A DNA stretch of 64,000 bases, taken from assembly GCA_937625935.1 (NCBI GenBank), contig OW569344.1, positions 620,001-684,000 on the forward strand, given 5' to 3'. Origin of the DNA: Tetramitus jugosus. Taxonomy: Eukaryota > Protista > Heterolobosea. Below the pieces are notes generated by a model. The model did not search any database. It had not been told where the DNA came from and worked only from the letters and a program-made list of their open reading frames with translations. Positions 58,467 through 64,000 of this stretch are shown here, one piece after another; the first letter of the stretch is position 1, and every line of letters starts with the position of its first letter. Position numbers and translations under genes: made by a program.

Positions 58467-58702
58467 GGTGGTGTGCTTGTTTCTTGGTTGTTTTAGCTCA
58501 AGTAACTTCCTTTTTGAAGCGATCGCCAAGTCGTAGATCTTCTGCGCACAAAGTGCGGTGTAATAAGCCGGAATGGCGATCTGCCGTTGGGTCCAGGGAG
58601 TTTTAATCACCAATCTACAGAGTTGTTGAATACACTTTAGTTTGAGCAAATAGTTGATATCAGTTTGACTCTTTATTCCTTTGCCATCACTAGATGATGC
58701 AT

Positions 58703-60391
58703 CTATACAGCTGTTAACAAGAGCGACATAACCACTAGAGTAACCAACCAAACTGCAGAACCAATTGGTGACAACCCAGAAGTTCCAGATGTATGGACAG
58801 GGGAAGTAGTTGGATTATGAGAAGTTACCGGATCATGAGAGGTGACTGGATCAGGAGAAGCAACTGGATCAGCAACACAAGAGGGCTTGAACTTTGTTAG
58901 AATGCTGGATGAAGGAGGGGTCGTGAAAGGATCGTTGTACTTCTTAGAATCAATGAATCTGATTGAGTCAATGTACAATGTCCTCATCTTAGATTGATCA
59001 ATCAGTAAGATGGAGAATCCACTGATTGATTGAATGCCAGAGAAATTCATATCGGTCAATGGAACACGAACTCTGGACCAAGCTGTTGAATCGATCTTGT
59101 AGTTTGAAATATATTTCTGAGTGACGTCAATACTGCAGATTCGAGTGTAATTCATATCGACCCACTGGAAGTTGATCTTTGCTTCTCCATCAGCACTCTT
59201 GACAAAGAATTCAAAGTAATCATACTTTGAAGTATCAATCTCAGGACTTCCTCTGTAGTTTGGATCAGTAGGGTTGAGCTTTGCATGATTGATCGTGACT
59301 GCTCCTTTTTGGATTTCAAGTTTAAGAGAATGGGCTCCACACAATGGTTGCTCAATGCTCGAAAAATTGGCCACAGGTTTCACTTCTCCCGCTGGCCACA
59401 CAGTAGTATAAAATCCCCATGTTGGCCAACCAGGCAGATCAGATCTCTCGTTATAAATTTTGAAATAATCCGATTGATTGATTGCACAGGCTGTTTGAAG
59501 AGTTGGGATGATAGGTGGCAGATCACACGATGAACCTGAACACATGATGTGGCCCATTAACTCTCCATTCGGATTCTTCTTTGTTGAAACCTTCACATAC
59601 AACTCGCCTTTGACCAGAGCTGTCCATTCACTATGTGATAGCTGTACAGAGGCACGAATAGGGCTATAGTAACTATTTTTCAATTCAATAGTACGTTGTT
59701 GTACTTTTGGATCCCCTTGTAATAGCGTCACACCAGTTGCAATTTCAGATAGGTCATGGTGAATGTTGAACTGCAATTCTCTTCGATTGGGAAGAAGATA
59801 GAAGAAACCAACACCACTACCACTACTTTCAACTCTACCAGGCATTTGACATGCTTGAAGCATAGCTTGATAGGCATTTTCATTGGTCTGTATCTGAGCA
59901 GGGATTGCGACCTTGTCAGAGCTGAGAGTGCAGTTGGTACATGATGCCTTGACAGTTAAACTGATACCATTGTAGGTGTAATCTACAAAACCCCAGCGCT
60001 CTGAGTAAAAAGCTTCGGTACTACGGAGATAGTTCTCAAACTTCAAATAGAGGTGCTCTCCAATCGTATCATAGTAGTAGGTAGCGTATTCCAAATCGCT
60101 AAGCTTGAACACTTGTTTCAATGAGGAAGGAGGTCCTTGCCATTTGGATGAGGTAACATTAAATGGAAGGGCACTTTGAGGGTATGGAATAGCGAGAACA
60201 ATCCAATCTCCGAGAGCTGTACTATCCATTTTGATCACTAAATTCTGAGGAGTTGGTGTATTACCTCTGTACCTAACTGTGTAACCTGTTCTAGCTCTGA
60301 TGTTACCCATTAATTGGAATTCGTCTGAGCCATGGTATCGTCCAAAGAGATCCGTTTTCTCATTCTGGGATCCTAGCTTAAGGATGTAGTT
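58703..60391 (-). pseudogene. 3' part of an interrupted TMEM2/CEMIP-like surface protein with CHRD-like domain, S/T/P stalk and GPI-type C-terminus
   Basis: GYTVRY....P..L.I.M.....GDWIVLAIPYP resembles CEMIP GYTIHW...P..L.I.L.....GDWIRVGLCYP. L..GELYV.V.T..NPNGE..G.I is CHRD-like; PVTSHD repeats. The ORF-track ATG at 60409 lies inside the inserted element. Confidence 0.8.
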
Positions 60392-60510
60392 CGGTGAAAT
60401 AAAACCCATAATAAAAAAATTATGATTTCCCGAGAAGACACCTTAACGCTCCTACATAATCTGGACTTACATAGCAGCTTGATGGAGTGAGCCTTGGAGG
60501 TGTTCCACCA
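60377..60510 (-). ncRNA. Predicted Fanzor omegaRNA (scaffold about 60510-60392 plus flank-derived guide of about 15 nt)
   Basis: Nested stems: GGUGGA/UUCACC (60509-504 with 60398-393), ACACCU/AGGUGU, GCUC/GAGC, CUAUGUAA/UUAUGUAG, and the CAUAAU/AUUAUG hairpin. It overlaps the Fanzor 3' end and abuts the element boundary. Confidence 0.7.
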
Positions 60511-62353
60511 TTTTGATTAATTCTTTTGCGACCTTTTTCTTCCTCTTGAAGGCATCGGGACGTGACTGTCCATCCATTTCTGTTCTCAGTAGATGGAGCA
60601 TGTTCTTGGCCGCATTGATGTCTCTGTTGTGAGTCACTAAACATTTAGTGGTTGCACACTGTTTAACTCCTCGGACGACAGAGACATTCAACGTTCCATT
60701 CTTGTCTATTCTCTTATGCTTGACTGGCTTGAGTTGACAATGACAGCCATTGCAAATCTGAGAAGTCTTACACTCATCCACCATATGGACTTGGAAATGC
60801 TCAGTCATTCTCTTCAACAATTTGACTTTAGGACTAACCATGTTACCCTTTTAACTATTCTTGAATCCACCATTGCCCATCCCAATCAACATACTTCTTC
60901 CTTTCGACTTCTTTTTCAAATCATTCTTCACACCAGAAAGAGTCTTGTCTCTCATCATGTAACTGTCCCAATTCAGTTTCTTCACCTTTGAAGAACAATA
61001 AAAGTCCAACAAATCTTCCTCGACTTCCAAAACCGAATCAATATGTTCTAGGTACAAGTCATTAGACGAGACATTAGAAGTCTTGATCGAGTTGTGGAGT
61101 TGATCAACATTCTTCCCACTCTTCTCATTCCACTGCTTTTGGAATTTCAATAATCGTTTCTTGTTCTTGGAATGGTGAGAGAGGTGATGGTAGGTCTTGT
61201 TACTCAACTCCCATTTGTTACCATCATTATCAACACAAGACAATAAGGTAACAATACCGGGATCAATGCCCACCAAGTATTCGGATTGAGGGATTGGAGG
61301 TTTTGGATCAACCTTTTTCTTCTTGGGTGCCTTTTCCTCTGACTTCTTCTTTTTCACCTTGTGGTTCACATGGTTATCAATCAATTGATGTCTAACAACC
61401 ACAGAGGCCTGTATACCATCTGTTCTCACAGAGTCAATCTGCAACTTTCTTGAACCGACATTCAAACAATCAAGGTTGTATGAAAACACTGGGCCTTTTT
61501 GGATCTTGTCTAACAATTTTTGAAATTCTTTGGTTCCAATTTCGATACATCTACACCTAAAATGACACTGTGGCAACAAAGTAAATGATTTCCTGTCTTT
61601 AGAGATCAAATATTTTTGAATGTGCCAGTAAAGTTTGAGAATTTGATTAGGATTCTTTTCGATGTAATCTTCACTCATTGGTTCTTTTGTGCCAACAACG
61701 TCATTCACTTCTTTGATCAATTGAGGGATTAAATAAATCAATTCTTGAGGAGGCAGTTTTTGAAAGTCATACACCTCAGCCGTAAAGATTAATTTTCTAA
61801 TGATGTAATCAATCACTCTTCTTTGTTCACTTTTTGGAATCTTCAAAGATGGATCAATCAATTCTTCCATTCTCAGTCTCAAATAGCGCTTCAATCTTTG
61901 CTCCAAAGTGAATTGAAACATATTGGAGATATTAGTGGCCAATGATTTGGCAACATAATTGAATGAATCTGAATAGCCATTGTATATTTTTCGCAACTTT
62001 TCGATTTCATCATTCATGTTGATGGTGGCATTGATTCTTTCAACATTCTTGGTTCTATCAACAGAGTTTCTTCCAAAAAGGACAGAACAAATTCTTTGAA
62101 TGAAGCCTTGATTCACCTCAGGAATATTCACTCGTGATTCCAAGCACTTCAAAACAAAGGAATTGAGGAGCCTAGAGATTCTAATAGCTGCTCTAGTAAT
62201 TCCTTTTGCTCTTTCTTCAATCACTGGAACTAAAGAAGGATGATTCTTCAATAGAGATTTCAAACCAACCTTGATGACATAATGAGAAGAATAGTTTTCC
62301 TTATTGACTCTTGTTCTCTTCCTCTTCCCACTCATGGGTACTCCTCGAGGCAT
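60467..62353 (-). pseudogene. Fanzor1-type (TnpB-related) RNA-guided endonuclease, about 628 codons, single in-frame TAA at 60853-60851
   Basis: VIKVGL, FTLLP, RTDG, RuvC-I VGIDPG, GNGGF....KG....P, RuvC-II VDE..TS, Zn finger CNGC...CATTKC, RuvC-III NRDINAA.NM. NLS-like KRKR and PKKKKV. The two ORF-track pieces are in the same frame. Confidence 0.92.
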
Positions 62354-62396
62354 ACTAATGGTTGTTTGGTTTGATAAAAATGAGATATGATTGTTA

Positions 62397-62444
62397 TTGT
62401 ATTTGTTGTATGGTGTATTTGTTGTGTGTTGTATTTGTTGTGTG
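62397..62444. repeat. Three tandem 16-nt repeats in the Fanzor 5' leader
   Basis: TTGTATTTGTTGTATG / GTGTATTTGTTGTGTG / TTGTATTTGTTGTGTG. Confidence 0.85.
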
Positions 62445-62732
62445 AGTTGAATCAAACAGCGAAAAAGACAGCGCTTTTTAAACCGAGGTAGATGGCCGTT
62501 GCCGTTGTAAAGACAGTCTCAACGGAAATTGTTACAACTGCACCAATTCCGCAGCTTAGAGAAAACATTTATTGTATTTTTTTATAATATATCCACCTAC
62601 CTATCCAATCTTGAACCAACGAAAAACTTTCTCTCTGACACGACAACAACAACGAAAAACACAAGTCGCACAACGAACATCAACAACAACAACCAAATCA
62701 ATCAAAAAAGATGGAGAGTCGACAAGAGGTGT

Positions 62733-63439
62733 CTATTTGCAGTGTGCATTGTAGATTCTCTGAGCAAGTTTCAAGTAGGAGAATACAAGCGGTACCAATG
62801 TGTATTGAATTCTCTTGACACCACCCTGACCAAAGTGCTTTCTGGCTGCGGCCAAAACTTTAAACAATTGATCAGTATCGCTATTGTCAAACAAATGAAC
62901 CAATCTGGCAATCAAGTTCTGTTCTTCTTCGAAATCTTCGAGCAATGTTGCAGCTATTGGTGAGTCGTCAGAAGGTGAGAATGTTGTCTGGTCTTCCTCA
63001 TCCTTCAACAGTGGACGAATCAAATCAAACAGTTTGTTTACTTGTTCAAATGTTGAAATCTTGTGTCCATTGTCAAGTGCGCATCTCACAATGCTCAGTG
63101 CAATAAACTTTCTCTGTTCATATCCAAGAGAATGAATAATATCACCATACTTCTCCAACTTCAAAACTGTTAGCACATTGTTGTATGACTCGAGTGGCAC
63201 CAACAACAATCGCTTCAACATGTCTACAATTTCATCTGAAGCAAGTGCAGTGATATTCAATTGACTAGCAATGTTATTAATAATCTTGTTGACATAGTCA
63301 GTGTTATCAGGATATGTTTGAAGAGCAAGTGTCATCAATGAGATCTGAATACTCAAGTTATCGGACAATTCAACATCTCTCTAATGGTATCAATAGTAGG
63401 ACAGAATTTGACAAACATCAGAAAACTCACACTCATCAT
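62733..63439 (-). pseudogene. VPS35: Captured internal fragment of retromer subunit Vps35, with upstream intron 63430-63381
   Basis: QISL..LAL..YPD..DYV.K, LL..P...Y....VL.L..Y, DFEEEQ.L.ARLVH, ARKHFG.GG..RI..TL.PLVF. Lacks the N-terminal and C-terminal thirds of Vps35. Confidence 0.9.
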
Positions 63440-63525
63440 CAGGTCACTCGCTCTCACGATGTCCTTCAGAGTGTTTGTTTTCTGTTTTTTGCAAGTTTTT
63501 TTTGATGAAAAAAATCAATGAACAA

Positions 63526-63846
63526 ATGGGAAAACAAGGAAAAGGCGCCAAAAGAAGACATAACCAACACCAACAATTGGTAAAGTTTGGAGTCAAAAGA
63601 AAAGTAAGAATAACCGATATACATATTGATTTATTTGTGTATCTAGTTGGTTCGTTCCTTGGTGTAGAAGATGTGTTGAATTTGGTATTGACGTGTCGGG
63701 ATTTTCGATCTTCGATAGTCAATAATCTATCAACAATAAGGTCTTATATGGACAATTTGTACTCACACTGTTTGGCCGTTTGCAAGTCAGGCTTACCGTG
63801 CAAATTGCAAAGGAAATTTTTTGTGCCTGTTTTGATTGCTTGTTGA
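63526..63846 (+). pseudogene. Captured, truncated F-box-like N-terminal fragment
   Basis: ITDIHIDLFVYLVGSFLGVEDVLNLVLTCRDFR fits the F-box pattern; its stop codon falls in the element's terminal hairpin. Confidence 0.55.
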
Positions 63847-63863
63847 ATCAACAAGTACTTGAC

Positions 63864-64000
63864 CGCAGTTCCGTTTAGTCCGGTGTGCTCTGTCAAATCG
63901 GCTTTTGGATCTTGAATAACCAATTGAACAAAACCTTCACCAAAGTATGGACAGGAATATCCGTTCCATTCTGGTTTAGCAGTACATGTCTTGGATGTCA
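63864..64000 (-). pseudogene. Upstream part of the interrupted TMEM2/CEMIP-like gene; continues beyond the window
   Basis: Manual translation TSKTCTAKPEWNGYSCPYFGEGFVQLVIQDPKADLTEHTGLNGTA resembles CEMIP C..VPDW.G.IC...YAQ.YIQ, which precedes the GYTIHW motif. Confidence 0.8.

Larger units (their letters stand above)
60392..63865 (-). mobile_element. Non-autonomous Fanzor1-carrying transposon with captured host gene fragments
   Basis: Splits a host ORF that rejoins in frame at a shared CG. Imperfect terminal IR CGGTCAAGTA/CGGTGAAATA and subterminal hairpins at both ends. No transposase ORF. Confidence 0.85.

Noticed and set aside
60407-60409. ATG start of the 568-aa ORF as an independent gene
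   Set aside because: The ATG lies within the element's terminal hairpin, there is no signal peptide despite a GPI-type tail, and the matching upstream sequence is at 63864-64000.
60851-60853. Alternative genetic code (TAA read as sense) or an intron explaining the Fanzor stop
   Set aside because: Many conserved host genes here end in TAA. The conserved motif spacing is continuous across the stop, leaving no room for an intron.
62397-62444. CRISPR-like array next to a Cas12-related nuclease
   Set aside because: The repeats are directly tandem, low-complexity and have no spacers.
60392-63865. Canonical Helitron, mariner, or bacterial IS605 contamination
   Set aside because: No A|TC...CTRR|T termini, no TA TSD with long TIRs and no TnpA. 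The cargo and flanks are eukaryotic, and the cargo includes a spliceosomal intron.

Overview
Gene-dense eukaryotic (protist) nuclear DNA with short GT-AG introns and AAC-rich UTRs. The gene content (TM-RGS protein, Cache-HAMP cyclase, TSET subunit) suggests a heterolobosean, Naegleria-like amoeba; this is inference. About 35 host genes are recognisable, including cathepsin B, ARD, PIG-P, OST48, Par14, EMC1, TCUP, ABCF2, mitoribosomal bL21/mL54/mS31-like proteins, two GILT paralogues, an SDR and an AKR. The main discovery is a ~3.47-kb transposase-less mobile element at 60392-63865, inserted into and splitting a TMEM2/CEMIP-like surface-protein gene; removing it at a shared CG restores the reading frame. 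The element encodes a Fanzor1-type RNA-guided nuclease (intact RuvC D/E/D and Zn finger, one in-frame TAA). A foldable omegaRNA-like scaffold ends exactly at the right boundary, so the predicted guide matches the empty allele. The element also carries captured host fragments: an internal Vps35 exon with an intron, an F-box-like N-terminus and a 5'UTR/start. A small poly(A)-tailed retro-insertion with 16-bp target-site duplications lies at 46073-46227. All family assignments come from motif recognition by eye; no database searches were run.
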